DNA from: an uncultured candidate division Zixibacteria bacterium | GTDB lineage: Bacteria; Zixibacteria; MSB-5A5; GN15; FEB-12 | Assembly: GCA_963806185.1 (NCBI GenBank) | Contig: CAWDXE010000001.1 | Span: 800,001-864,000 of the forward strand | Length of the DNA: 64,000 nt | Direction of reading: 5' to 3' | Shown here: piece after piece, positions 31,310 to 44,665 of the stretch | Layout: each line of letters opens with the position of its first letter | How positions within the stretch are numbered: the stretch's first letter is position 1 | Made by a program: the position numbers and the translations under genes | Notes under the pieces: generated by a model | The model's input: only the letters and a program-made list of their open reading frames with translations | Database searches by the model: none | What the model was told of the DNA's origin: nothing

Positions 31310-33862
31310 CTACTTGACCTCCGACTCAGCGAGAACCGAGCCGAACGGATTCGCTATCACATGACGAGGTTCTGACGGCAACGTCGGAAATTCAAACGTA
31401 ACCGATGGCTGATTGACCTCGATGCGAGCATACCATCGCCCTTCACCGTCGAACTCAATCTCGATCGGGAAATACATCTTGAAATGTTCCGGTATACCCG
31501 AGCTGGAGATCTGCCCCGTTGCCACCCAGGCACTCCCTTCGCCTGCTCGCGTGGTGTACGTCACCGTATACTTGGGAATATCGCTCCCGTAGACCCACTG
31601 CCGGAAAAACCACCTCATATCCTGACCCGCATGCCGTTCGATTACCTGCCGAAACAGTTCGGTGGTGGCATCCTTGTTCCGCAGGAGCGTCACATAATCG
31701 CGCATGGTGGCCAGGTAGGTGTCCTCACGAAGATTCTCAAGATCCAACAGCATATGCCGCAGCATGTGCAGAACATAAGCCCCCTTCAAATACACGATCA
31801 CGTCCATATCCCCGGCCGACTTGCTCGTCGCCGTCCGATATCCCAGCGCCACCGGCCCCGGATCCTGCCTTTGCCCCAACGTGTATTGACTCAGTGAAAT
31901 GATCTCTTTGCGTGCTTGATCCACAAAACTGAGAAACTGCCCTTGTCCTACCGCCGTCTGCAAGTACCACATCCCGCAATACGTCGACAATCCATCGGAT
32001 AACCACTGATCGTGGTAGGTCTCATAATTGATCAGGCCGCCGAACCACTGTAAGGCCACGCCCCGTCCCCGGCGCGCCCGCTCACTGCCATACCGGTCAG
32101 TGGAAAAGAACGTATCCCATCCGAGATGTATCACTCCCGGCACGACCTCATCCATCGGCGTCATCGTCTCCACCACGCGCACGGTATCATATGGCAGTTG
32201 CCCGAGCGACGCACTGAAGAGCCGCAGCGATGCCATGATATCCTCGGCTACCTGACGTTCCATCTGCTTCCCGCCGACGCGAATCGGATCGTCCTTCATC
32301 GACTCACGAGGACTATCGGAGCGTTCTCCGGTCAGAAGATCGAGCACAAAGGACTTCGTCAGCTTTCTCGCTTCTCGGCCAAGCACGACTGAATCCTTGG
32401 AGCTTTTTGGATCATACGTATCCGATTCCCCGCTGACCGTCCCCTCGGATTCCGGAATATCCTCGGCCATCGGCTGATCCATCATTCGTCCTGCACTGTC
32501 ACGGTGCAGCGCCGCGAGATGGTACACCACCACCGGCGGAATTTCCGGCGCCATGAATAGAAATCTCTCGTACTCTCCGACATCAAACGATACTGCCGCC
32601 TGCGGCTGGGTCACCTGCCAGCGCGTGGTAACAAGTCTCCCCGCCCGCGTGCTGTCGACAAACTGCGCGGCCACGACGCCTTGATACTTGGCCGGGAATG
32701 TCAGCGCGATATTAAATATCGCCTTCTGCGTCCGCTCATACCGCGGATACCAGTCCGCTCCGGCAAACGTCTGCAGCCGTCCCATGTGCCGCGCCCCCAG
32801 TTTCCCGTGATAATAGAAACTGAGTCTGGTCGTCTCTCCCTGGTTCAGGGGCTGATTGAGTATCACCCACAGCGCCGCCGAACGGTGCTCATCCTTTGTC
32901 CATCGCCGGAAATGCACCACCCGGTTTTCACCGTCGCGAACACTATCCACCTCCAGCCTCGGATGCAACGATAGCTCCACCAGCTGTGTCCCGGCCATTT
33001 CGCCGGTGCACGCCATCTCTGCCCGGCCGGTGTAATCACCATCATCCTCCAGCATCCCGGTGAGAGCATAAGCGTCCGCCCGCAGGGCCGTTTTGTCGAT
33101 CCCATTAAGCTGCTCGTACGTACTGTCCAGGTACACGGAATACTGACATACCGTCTCCATGCCGTGCGATACGATGAACTCTTCATGATGATTCGACAGC
33201 CGTACTTCTTCCCTTTGATACGGATCGAATTGATACATCACCGTGCCGCCGTCCTTAAGTTTCATAAGCACCGTCAAAAACGGCTGCGTGCGCGGCCTGA
33301 CCAGATTCTTGAGCGCCGCAAATAAGTACCGATAGTCCTCGCGCTCGGTGAGCCTTTCGCGAAAATTCCGGTAATCCGACAGGTCGTCCTTGTTCGGCGA
33401 AAACAGCTGCCCCACTGTCGAATCAATCAACTCCTGGTAGAATTTGTCATTGAAGAGGAGCACCGCCGATTCCACCTGGCGATCCAGCGAATCATTGCCG
33501 AAGAAGCGGTGGACTTCCTGCTGCTCCATGGTCACCGGCGGGGCAAACTGAACCCGGGCGCCCCCCGAGAAGAATGCTGCGTAGTACTTCGACGTCGTAT
33601 CCAGCTGCACCGGTCTGGCGAACACCAGCCGGCCCGAGGTCATGGTCAGAGAGAAATTCGTCTGCGAAAGAGTCAGCCCGCTCACCGTCCGACCGGTTGA
33701 CGGTTCCAACTCCAGTTTCTCCATCTGCGCCAGCGCCGCATTCAACCGCCCCGCCTCGGCCGCCCGGGTCGATATACCGCTGAAAATCAGGGTCGCGGCG
33801 ATTCCGACACACCATATGCCATTCGCTATTCGCCATTGGGTAGCCAACGAACCGCTCCTCAC
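31310..33862 (-). CDS. Secreted M1-aminopeptidase-like protein lacking HEXXH
   Basis: QWFG, WLSDGLSTY, VYLKGAYVLHMLR and FFRQWV match the M1 scaffold; zinc ligands absent. Confidence 0.75.
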   Translation of the reverse strand: MRSGSLATQWRIANGIWCVGIAATLIFSGISTRAAEAGRLNAALAQMEKLELEPSTGRTVSGLTLSQTNFSLTMTSGRLVFARPVQLDTTSKYYAAFFSGGARVQFAPPVTMEQQEVHRFFGNDSLDRQVESAVLLFNDKFYQELIDSTVGQLFSPNKDDLSDYRNFRERLTEREDYRYLFAALKNLVRPRTQPFLTVLMKLKDGGTVMYQFDPYQREEVRLSNHHEEFIVSHGMETVCQYSVYLDSTYEQLNGIDKTALRADAYALTGMLEDDGDYTGRAEMACTGEMAGTQLVELSLHPRLEVDSVRDGENRVVHFRRWTKDEHRSAALWVILNQPLNQGETTRLSFYYHGKLGARHMGRLQTFAGADWYPRYERTQKAIFNIALTFPAKYQGVVAAQFVDSTRAGRLVTTRWQVTQPQAAVSFDVGEYERFLFMAPEIPPVVVYHLAALHRDSAGRMMDQPMAEDIPESEGTVSGESDTYDPKSSKDSVVLGREARKLTKSFVLDLLTGERSDSPRESMKDDPIRVGGKQMERQVAEDIMASLRLFSASLGQLPYDTVRVVETMTPMDEVVPGVIHLGWDTFFSTDRYGSERARRGRGVALQWFGGLINYETYHDQWLSDGLSTYCGMWYLQTAVGQGQFLSFVDQARKEIISLSQYTLGQRQDPGPVALGYRTATSKSAGDMDVIVYLKGAYVLHMLRHMLLDLENLREDTYLATMRDYVTLLRNKDATTELFRQVIERHAGQDMRWFFRQWVYGSDIPKYTVTYTTRAGEGSAWVATGQISSSGIPEHFKMYFPIEIEFDGEGRWYARIEVNQPSVTFEFPTLPSEPRHVIANPFGSVLAESEVK

Positions 33863-35178
33863 GGATGAAACTGCCGTACAAACTCCATTCGCTTCTTCAG
33901 CGATGGATGACTGTAAAACCAGAACTCCACTAACGCATTCGGATCAGGATCCGACAAATTGTACGCCGACAGCTTGTCAAACGCCGTCGCCGCTACTTCC
34001 CCGCTCACCCCGGTAATACGCATACCGTAAATGTCCGACTGGTGTTCCATCGAGCGACTCGCACCGTTCATTATCGGCTGCCCCACAAACAGGATAATCG
34101 TCAACAGCAGCATCACCAGCGGCAACGACGCAAAGTCCTCCAGTCGGTCAAACCGGAATGACCGCACGTTGCTTTGGATGAATCCGTGGATCAACTTGTT
34201 CACCAGCCAGAGCGCGACAATCAGGAAAATAATCGCCAGCCCCAACCCGATCCACATATGGTTCATGACATAGTGCCCCATCTCGTGGCCCATCACAAAC
34301 CGGATTTCGTCGACGGTGAAATTCTTGATCAACGTATCGAACAATACAATCCGTTTGGTATTGAACAATCCCGTGACATACGCATTGACCTTCTCCGATT
34401 GTTTAGATGCATCAACCTCGAAGACATTCGATCCTTCTATCCCCGCCTGGCTGGCCAGCGTCAAAATCTGCGTCTCAAGGTTCTTGTCCTGCAGCGGTTC
34501 GAACTTGTTGAACAAGGGCGAGATGAACACCGGCGCGACGACGATCATCAGGATCATGAACGGAATCGCTCCGAGCGAAAACACCAGCCACCAGTTCTTG
34601 AACCGCGAAATCACCCAGTAGAAGAAAAACATCGGGACAATCCCCAGTAGGATCGCAAGCCCGAGATACTTAAGCCCGTCCAGCCACCATTCCATGAACG
34701 TCTGGTTGAGAAACCCGTAGTTCCCCTCGACAACAAATTCGCGATAGTAAGACAGGGGGAAACTGAGGATGTAGTTGATGACCAGAAACAGCGCGAGATA
34801 AATCCAGGCCGAGAGGAACCGACTTTTTAACGACGATGCCCACGTGCGCAGCTTGGCCGACAAACCGGTGTACAGGAAGATGCAGAAGATCACCAGCGAC
34901 GCTATGAAATCCACGAATCGCCAGATATTCGTGAATCGCGAGTACGCGGTCAACTTCGCCTTGCGCTCCGGTGACAGCGGATACTGCACCTCGTCGGATG
35001 ATCCCCCTTGGGTGGCCGTAACCGCCACCGAATCCGACGGTGTCTGTGCGGGCGTATCCACCTGTGTGGCCGCCGCCGAATCAACGGGCACCGCGGTTGT
35101 GTCTCCTAAAATGCTGGAAACGCAGATCAGTGTAAGTCCGGCAATAATCAGTAGGCGCCAATAACCAGCCATGTGCAT
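33859..35178 (-). CDS. M48 (Ste24/CAAX-like) membrane metallopeptidase
   Basis: NAYVTG, RIVLFDTL, HEMGH, E..SD, SHPS. Confidence 0.92.
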   Translation of the reverse strand: MHMAGYWRLLIIAGLTLICVSSILGDTTAVPVDSAAATQVDTPAQTPSDSVAVTATQGGSSDEVQYPLSPERKAKLTAYSRFTNIWRFVDFIASLVIFCIFLYTGLSAKLRTWASSLKSRFLSAWIYLALFLVINYILSFPLSYYREFVVEGNYGFLNQTFMEWWLDGLKYLGLAILLGIVPMFFFYWVISRFKNWWLVFSLGAIPFMILMIVVAPVFISPLFNKFEPLQDKNLETQILTLASQAGIEGSNVFEVDASKQSEKVNAYVTGLFNTKRIVLFDTLIKNFTVDEIRFVMGHEMGHYVMNHMWIGLGLAIIFLIVALWLVNKLIHGFIQSNVRSFRFDRLEDFASLPLVMLLLTIILFVGQPIMNGASRSMEHQSDIYGMRITGVSGEVAATAFDKLSAYNLSDPDPNALVEFWFYSHPSLKKRMEFVRQFHP

Positions 35179-35279
35179 CCCCTGGTGAAGAATAATCGAA
35201 GTTGAGCCCAAAGTAGGTCCGGTTCTAAATCGTTGTCAAGCAAAACAGTAGGTGGCGCGCGACCAGTGGCGCGCAGGAA

Positions 35280-35313
35280 TAAAAAAAGCCGCCCGGCATA
35301 CTGCCAAGCGGCT
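35280..35313 (-). terminator. Intrinsic terminator after rpmA
   Basis: AGCCGC...GCGGCT stem with T7 on the minus strand. Confidence 0.65.
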
Positions 35314-35353
35314 GACTTTTGATGGGCCAAAGCCCTGAGCGTATTCTTAATGC

Positions 35354-35605
35354 CTATTCGTAGACTGAAACCTGTTTGCCGGTTTTGCCGACTCGTTCGT
35401 ATTTCACGACGCCGGTAATTTTAGCGAACAGCGTGTTATCCGAACCGATGCCGACATTGTGGCCCGGGCGGATCGGGGTGCCGCACTGACGGACCAGAAT
35501 CGATCCGGCCAGTACTGCCTGCCCTCCGTAGACCTTCGTCCCGCGTCGCTGACTGTTTGAGTCGCGACCGTTCTTGGACGATCCTACACCTTTTTTATGA
35601 GCCAT
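35354..35605 (-). CDS. rpmA: 50S ribosomal protein L27
   Basis: [16 protein letters not shown]. Confidence 0.98.
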   Translation of the reverse strand: MAHKKGVGSSKNGRDSNSQRRGTKVYGGQAVLAGSILVRQCGTPIRPGHNVGIGSDNTLFAKITGVVKYERVGKTGKQVSVYE

Positions 35606-35685
35606 TACAAACCTCTATCGCTGAATCGTTTTCTTTACGTAGTCAATCCGTAGGGAATGGTCTCGGCCGCCTACGGGAGCCACAT

Positions 35686-35713
35686 AATATACACGGCTTC
35701 CTCTTTTCCGCAA
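35686..35713 (-). promoter_or_regulatory. Putative rpmA promoter
   Basis: TTGCGG-N16-TATATT. Confidence 0.6.
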
Positions 35714-35780
35714 GCGAGAAGTTAACATTATGTACTAAAACGACTTACACCGTGCCGTAGGTCCTTCCCGCATGGGTATC

Positions 35781-36092
35781 GTACCCCACCGGAACGGTGG
35801 GTTCATGATTCAATGGTTTCCCCTTCACCCGCATGCTGGCGCTCTCCCCGTACCCCACCGGAACGGTGGGTTCATGATTCAATGGTTTCCCCTTCACCCG
35901 CATGCTGGCGCTCTCCCTGTAGCCCACCGGAACGGTGGGTTCATGATTCAATGGTTTCCCCTTCACCCGCATGCTGGCGCTCTCCCCGTACCCCACCGGA
36001 ACGGTGGGTTCATGATTCAATGGTTTCCCCTTCACCCGCATGCTGGCGCTCTCCCCGTACCCCACCGGAACGGTGGGTTCAGGTTTCAATGG
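35781..36092 (+). repeat. 69-bp tandem REP array, five REP copies, downstream of RAYT
   Basis: GTA(C/G)-CCCACCG-GAA-CGGTGGG at 35781, 35850, 35919, 35988, 36057. Confidence 0.95.
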
Positions 36093-36615
36093 CTTCAGTA
36101 TCCATTTCAAGTTTACATCCACGTATGCCAGCGTACCAGCGACAGCTCGACCACTCCCACTGCTCAGCTGACTTGATCAACCCCGCCCTAACTGGATTAT
36201 TGTGACAATACTCGATAGCTTTCCGTACCTCTTCTACGTTCCGGCACGATTTGTCAAAACACCGCTTGTACCATAAACTGAACCTATGCTCGTGTCCTTG
36301 CTTGGTAGTAAGCCGATCAATCAGGTAACCGCCATGTCTGCCAATCTGAACGTGAATGCGCCGCGTGCTTTCCCTCTTGATGACTCCGATGACTCCCCCC
36401 AATTCAGTCTCTGAGGGAGGCACGATTACCAAGTGTACATGATCAGGCATGATCACCCAGCCCAACAGTGAGAATTGTGCGCATGCTCGTGCCTCGGCGA
36501 TGCTATCGACGACTGCCTGGCGCGAAGAATCGTTGGAAAGCAATGGAATCTGATGACGTGTGCCAAAAGTGACGAATCGAGCCCGTCCATCGTGATCATA
36601 GTGAGTCAGAAGCAT
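36079..36615 (-). mobile_element. REP-associated tyrosine transposase (RAYT / TnpA-REP, Y1 HUH)
   Basis: FVTF.T, VIMPDHVH (HUH), EYCHNNPVRAGL (catalytic Tyr), W.WSS; flanked by REP hairpins. Confidence 0.92.
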
Positions 36616-36670
36616 AGAAGCGTCACATCACGTAGGAGTGAATCGGCGGCAATAACCTCGCCCCCGTACT

Positions 36671-37036
36671 GTACCCCACCGGAACGGTGGGTTCATGATT
36701 CAATGGTTTCCCCTTCACCCGCATGCTGGCGCTCTCCTCGTACCCCACCGGAACGGTGGGTTCATGATTCAATGGTTCCCCCTTCACCCGCATGCTGGCG
36801 CTCCCCCCGTACCCCACCGGAACGGTGGGTTCATGATTCAATGGTTCCCCCTTCACCCGCATGCTGGCGCTCCCCCCGTACCCCACCGGAACGGTGGGTT
36901 CATGATTCAATGCTTTCCCCTTTACGCCAGGCTGCTCTCATCATCCGCCAACGTCTCTGGCCACACAAGACATCCAAATTCACCCACACGCCGGTTATAG
37001 CCAATGAACTTCAAGCCCACCGTTCCGGTGGGCTAC
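36671..37036 (+). repeat. 69-bp tandem REP array, four copies plus one inverted REP, upstream of RAYT
   Basis: Copies at 36671, 36740, 36809, 36878; inverted GTAG copy at 37016-37036. Confidence 0.95.
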
Positions 37037-37051
37037 CGAAATCCACCCCCC

Positions 37052-40000
37052 TTACTCGCACCCCACCTTCAGCGGCTCGAACGTGATGAACAGATGATTT
37101 ATCAGCGCCGTCAAATCCCCGATATCCACCTGACAATCCCCCGTCACATCCGCCACCAACGGCGGCTCGATCGGCTCGAAGGTTATGAAGAGATTATTGA
37201 TCAACGTTGTCAAATCCCCGATATCCGTCCCGTGCGAATGATCAACATCCCCCAGCGTCCAGGTCCAGAATTCCTTCGTCGCGGCGAGCGTGCTCGCATG
37301 CTGACGGTCCCACGCCGTCACCCGCCACCAGTAATGCGTCCCGAACTCCAGCGAATCGGAAATCGTAAACGACGTTCGCCAACAGCGAATCCCGCACATA
37401 CGCAAACGCGAAATTCGCCCGATCCGAAACCTCCAGCTTATACCGCACCGTATCCTGCGGATCGAGATCGACCGCCGTCTGCCAGACAAACTGCGGCAGA
37501 AGATTGAACACCGGCTTGTTATCCGGCATCGGTGGCGATGTCAGCGCGAATGCCGCCGGCGGCTCATTGGCACCATTGACCAGGAACTGACCATACGATG
37601 TCCACGCCGAGTACTCAAACCCGTCGAACGCCCGCACCCGCCACCAGTACCGGCAGTTCTCCGCCAGCGCCTCGATAATCGCGCCTGCGGTGGAGTCTTG
37701 CCCCGACGGTACATTGGTCAATTCAATCGCCGGCCCCGCCACACAGTCGGTGTCGTGGAACCCGGCGAAATCGTAGGTGAGCGGATCGTTTTCGGCGTCT
37801 GACGAATTGCTGACCCACAGATTGGGGTAACTTCCGACGATCGCCATATTGATCGGCCCGATCATCACCGGCACCGCGGGCACGGAATTCATGCGGAACG
37901 AACTGTAATACCACGGCGACCAGAGCGTGCCGTTATAGACGCGAAGTCTCAGGTAGTAGGTCTGCCCGTCGCTAAGGGGCGAACCGTTGTAGACGACGAA
38001 CGTATCGCTCGACACCACCGGCGCCGGATTCCACATCTCGGAGTAGGTCCACTCGTTATCGGACCCAACCGCGATTTCGAACTGGGTCTGGGATCCCACC
38101 GGCGAGCCCCCATACCCCCATGTCAGGACGGGGAGAGTATTCATCACATGTACGTTGGTCATCACACCATCTACATCCACATGATTCAGTTCGAATACAG
38201 AGCTGTCTGCAGGAACGCTGTTCGCTCTGAAAGCAGCCGAAATGATGTCACTTTCGGTGTTTCCGGCCAGAATGGCAAAGCTGACCGTATCCACGGCGTT
38301 TGGCGCCAAGCTGATCGGCCCGGCCGACACAACCTGCACGATATCGGTAGCGGCGCCGATCTGCGTTGTCGCCGTTGCAAACCCATTGGTCAAGGACGTA
38401 TACTTCTCATCCGAAGTGAAACCGTTGCCACCCCAAAACGGAATCCAAGCGGTGGAGCCGAGCGCAGTCCAGGCAGATGCCCAGTCTCCTTCGATCACTT
38501 TGGCCCCGCGAAAATCAGATTTCGTACCACTGCTGTTTTGCGCCACCCAAGCCACATGGTTGGTTGCGTCATAGGCGCCGCAGTTGGGAGCGGGACTCTG
38601 GTTGATATACGGCGTCTCCCAGTCCATATATAGCCCGACATACATCGAAGGGATCGCCGAACCGCTGATGTTCTTGACAATGTACCTGATGATCAAAAAA
38701 TCATCGTTTGGCGCGGCCTGGCCGAAAGTCTCCTGGGTAACTTCGACGCCGATCGGCGACGCCGCCCCGTCGTCGGTGAACATCGACCGTGTTATGGTAA
38801 GTGATCCGGCGGTCGTCACTTGAAGATTCCCGTCTGCAACGGGAGTGAAATCGCGATCAGGCTCGAAACTGATACTGTGTACCGCGCTTGGCACCTGACC
38901 AAAGCCGGTGCCGATCATGAGCCCACCCTCCAGCAGCTGATTGCCTGAGGCATTAAACTTGAAGCCGACACCACCTGCTGGAAAACCGAGATTCGGACCA
39001 AGCCCCACGGCACCCCAATTGCTGACGCTCAACTGGATCTTGCCGGTGCTGTGCGTGTAGAGCTGGCGTGTCACCTTCGGGGAGACGAGCACAGACAGAG
39101 TTGTAGAAACGTCGCCGAAACCCGTGCCGGAAATCAACACCGACATCGGCAGGACGGCCCCCTCAAGTGCCGATGAATCGACGACTACTTTGATGATGTC
39201 GAGCGCCTTGCCGGTATCCAGCGCCGTGATCGTCCCAAACGATGCCGCACCGTCGATGACAGTCAACAGCGGGTCGGCCGACTGAACGTTGAGCGTCACG
39301 TTGCTGCCGGTCGCGTTACCCGTGTTCTGGAGTACTACGTACCCGGTGAGAGTGTCGCCGGGACCGACCTGATTCGCGATCAAATCGTACACGCTCAGCA
39401 GCGGCGAAGCCGCAGGCGCCGGCAGAGCGGCCAGAGGCCGCCACGCAGTCGATCTGTCCCCAACCGTAATCATTGTTGGGCAACGCTCCCCAATTTGAGC
39501 CGGGTGCAGCCGCCGCTGAATTCAGTATGGCCGTTTTGATCTGCGCCGGAGTCGCATTCGGGTTCTTCTGGCGCATCAGCGCCACCAGGCCGGAGACATG
39601 CGGAGCCGCCATTGACGTGCCCGACATGAAGCCGGTCGTGTTGGTCGGAATAGTGGAAAGTATGTTGGTACCCGGAGCGACGACGTTTGGCTTCACCATC
39701 CCTGCCTGGCAGGGGGACGGCCCACGCGACGATGATCCGCTGAGTACCGGCGGACTGACGGTAGAATTGAGATTGCCAATGGCAAAACAGTCAATGGTGC
39801 TCAGCGCCCGCTCGGCCGGATTGCGCGGTCCGGTAGCGCCTTCATTGCCAACCGCAAAAATATTCACGATTCCAAGAGCTTCGGTATTGTCGATGGCCTC
39901 GTAATAGATGTCCATACATTCGAAACCCTGGAAACCCCAACTGTGGTTGATCACGTCGGGCATATCCTCTACGGTCGACGGATTCCCATCGGGATCAGCG

Positions 40001-40863
40001 GCCCATTCAAAGGCGTCCAGTATCGATGCGTCGACATCGACCACACCGGCCGAGATCCACTTGGCACCCGGGGCTACACATAGCGTATCGCCGGTGGCGG
40101 GGTTGCGCCCTACCATAATACCCATGGTGTGCGTGCCATGGTTGCGGGAGCTAGGGTCAACTGACGAAATCAGATGTGGGTATTTCAATTTATCGATCGG
40201 GTCAAACCAGGCGGCAGCAGAGTCACCGTCGGTCCCCTTCCACGTACCGCTCAGTCCGGCGTTTGTGCCTTCAACGCCGGAGTCAAAAGAACAGACTATT
40301 CTTCCCCGGCCGGTATACCCCAGCAACCAAGCGAGATTGGCCTTTATGTAGGTGATATTACTCGCTACGCCTGCCGCGCTCGGTGGCAAGTCACGGCTAC
40401 TGGATTCTTCCACCGGAGCAATGAGGGTCGGGCGCGGGATCGTGGTCACCAACTCAACATCAGGACGCGCCGCCAGAGCGAGCAATGCACTCACCGGGAC
40501 TTCTGCCTCCACGACATTGGCAATCCAGTGGCCTTTTGGCGGACGGGTTGCCCTGCCTTTTCCGAGCGAGGATAGTTCATCCAGCAGGCGTGTCTGCGCC
40601 ATCCGGCTGTTATCGCGCAGCGCTTGAATAGTCTCACGGTGGCGGACAGCCGGGGGAAGCGTCTGGTCGGCAGCGATACCTCTTGCATCCATGCGAATGG
40701 AGGGTGGCGCCACCTTGATCCAGACCCGGACCAGGCTGGTATCGGGCAGACTCTGGACCCGTGCCAAAAGATCGGAAGAGAGTTCCCCCGCCACGCCGGC
40801 TGAGGTGAGAGCGACGAGAAGCAAGATGAAGCCGATATGCACTTGACTAGTGAGCTTTCGCAT
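37052..40863 (-). CDS. Large secreted S8 subtilase with C-terminal dockerin-like pair; frameshifts near 39440 and 37370
   Basis: FDSGV, HGTHTMG, GTSMAAPH triad; GDVD...DIGDLT.LIN.LF twice. Confidence 0.88.
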
Positions 40864-41054
40864 AAGAGAATACCTCCAGCACAATCAGTTTCGAGAGCAC
40901 AACCCTACGTTGCGGATCCGATGACGCTGCCCGTACACCGGAAGGCATACTGCGGCAAACAGGAAAATCACCACCCCGCGCATACTCGCTCTCATATCAC
41001 CCTCGGAGATTAGTACCAGTCGAACGTGTGAACTGTCGGTCTTTGTGTGCTGTA

Positions 41055-41089
41055 CCCCCAATATACCCCCACCCCCTCCCCCACGTCAA
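41055..41089 (-). promoter_or_regulatory. Putative S8 promoter overlapping a G-quadruplex motif
   Basis: Minus strand: TTGACG T GGGGG A GGGGG T GGGGG TATATT GGGGG. Confidence 0.55.
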
Positions 41090-41349
41090 TGAAAAATGGA
41101 TAACTCAGGCTGTGACAGATTCTGTCAGTGCTTGCGCCGACGTGCCAAAACCAATTCAGCGATCGCAAACAGATATCACAAAAACCGTAACCTCTTGCCT
41201 CCCCGCCACCTGACTCTCTACAAGATTGTAGCACTTCGCTACAAAGTGTGGAACCGGGGCCCTTTTATATAGAGACGCATCAACAAACGAACCGGTTCGT
41301 CCGCGTCCTCTCCGTCCCACTGCTGGGGCGCCCCGCATAATTTAGGTGG

Positions 41350-42005
41350 CGTGGCGTCAGGCCGGGTGGCGTTGGCAACGAACAGCGTAAGCTGTCCGGA
41401 TGCCTCCCGACCTGATTGCCCACGTAGGTACTATTTTTCAAAGGAGTCTTCATGTCCCCCGTTCTTTCCTCCCCCGTCGCACCGTCCGCCCCCCGCGCCT
41501 CCCTGTCTGCTGCGCACGCTCTATTCTGTGGCTGGCGTACGTCTCGTGCGCCAGCCCTTCCCCCCCGCGTGGCGCACGGGACGTACGCCACGCACTGAGC
41601 TGAAAGATCGCCACGGCGCTCGGAAGCGCCTCGCGATGACGCGCAGGTAAATTCGGTGGCCATTGAGATCCTGAACCTTTAAGAAAAGGTTCAGGACGAC
41701 GAACGGGAGAAAGTGATTCAGGATGACGAGGGGTGAATCGTAGGTCGGGTTCCGAAGTTTGCCGCAGGCAAACGTAGAAACCCGACACGATGTGCTGCCC
41801 CTCTTGCTCCCTCTCCCTCCGGGAGTGGGCTGGGGTGACGGCCGGTGGGGCCACGAGTAGAACAAGTAGGGGTCCGCCAAACGTAAGATCGAGAAGAGAA
41901 GATGGCAAACCCCTTGATAAATGGAAAATGGGGTTTGCTCTACGGGATCATCGCAGCTGCCCCTCTTGCTCTCTCTCCCTCCGGGAGTGGGTCGAGGTGA
42001 GGGCA
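41350..42005. repeat. Mosaic palindromic repeat cluster 6
   Basis: GGCGTACG doublet 41530-41593, minus-strand composite 41604-41729, GTAGGTC element at 41740, two CTCTCCCTCCGGGAG elements. Confidence 0.85.
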
Positions 42006-42084
42006 TGTAAGTCGGGTCCTCCCCCCACATCACCGCCCATGCTCCGCATGCGGCGGTAATCGTGTTCCCCAAATTACCCCATAC

Positions 42085-42115
42085 AAAAACCCCGCGCTCG
42101 TCTCAGAACGCGGGG
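42085..42115 (-). terminator. Intrinsic terminator after clpC
   Basis: CCCCGCG...CGCGGGG stem plus T-run on the minus strand. Confidence 0.65.
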
Positions 42116-42144
42116 CCAATAGTCAATTCAATCGGCGCTGTGTC

Positions 42145-44602
<2,458 letters not shown>

Positions 44603-44665
44603 GGTGCATCTTCCTTTCATGTCACAACACACTCAAATATACGCTCACACAGATGTCGATGCAAG

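Noticed and set aside
35781..36920. 69-bp arrays as a CRISPR array
   Set aside because: Inter-hairpin segments are near-identical, so there are no unique spacers; no cas genes; the adjacent gene is a RAYT
35745..37086. Repetitive ORFs over the RAYT arrays
   Set aside because: 69 is a multiple of 3, so several frames stay open by chance; no independent coding evidence
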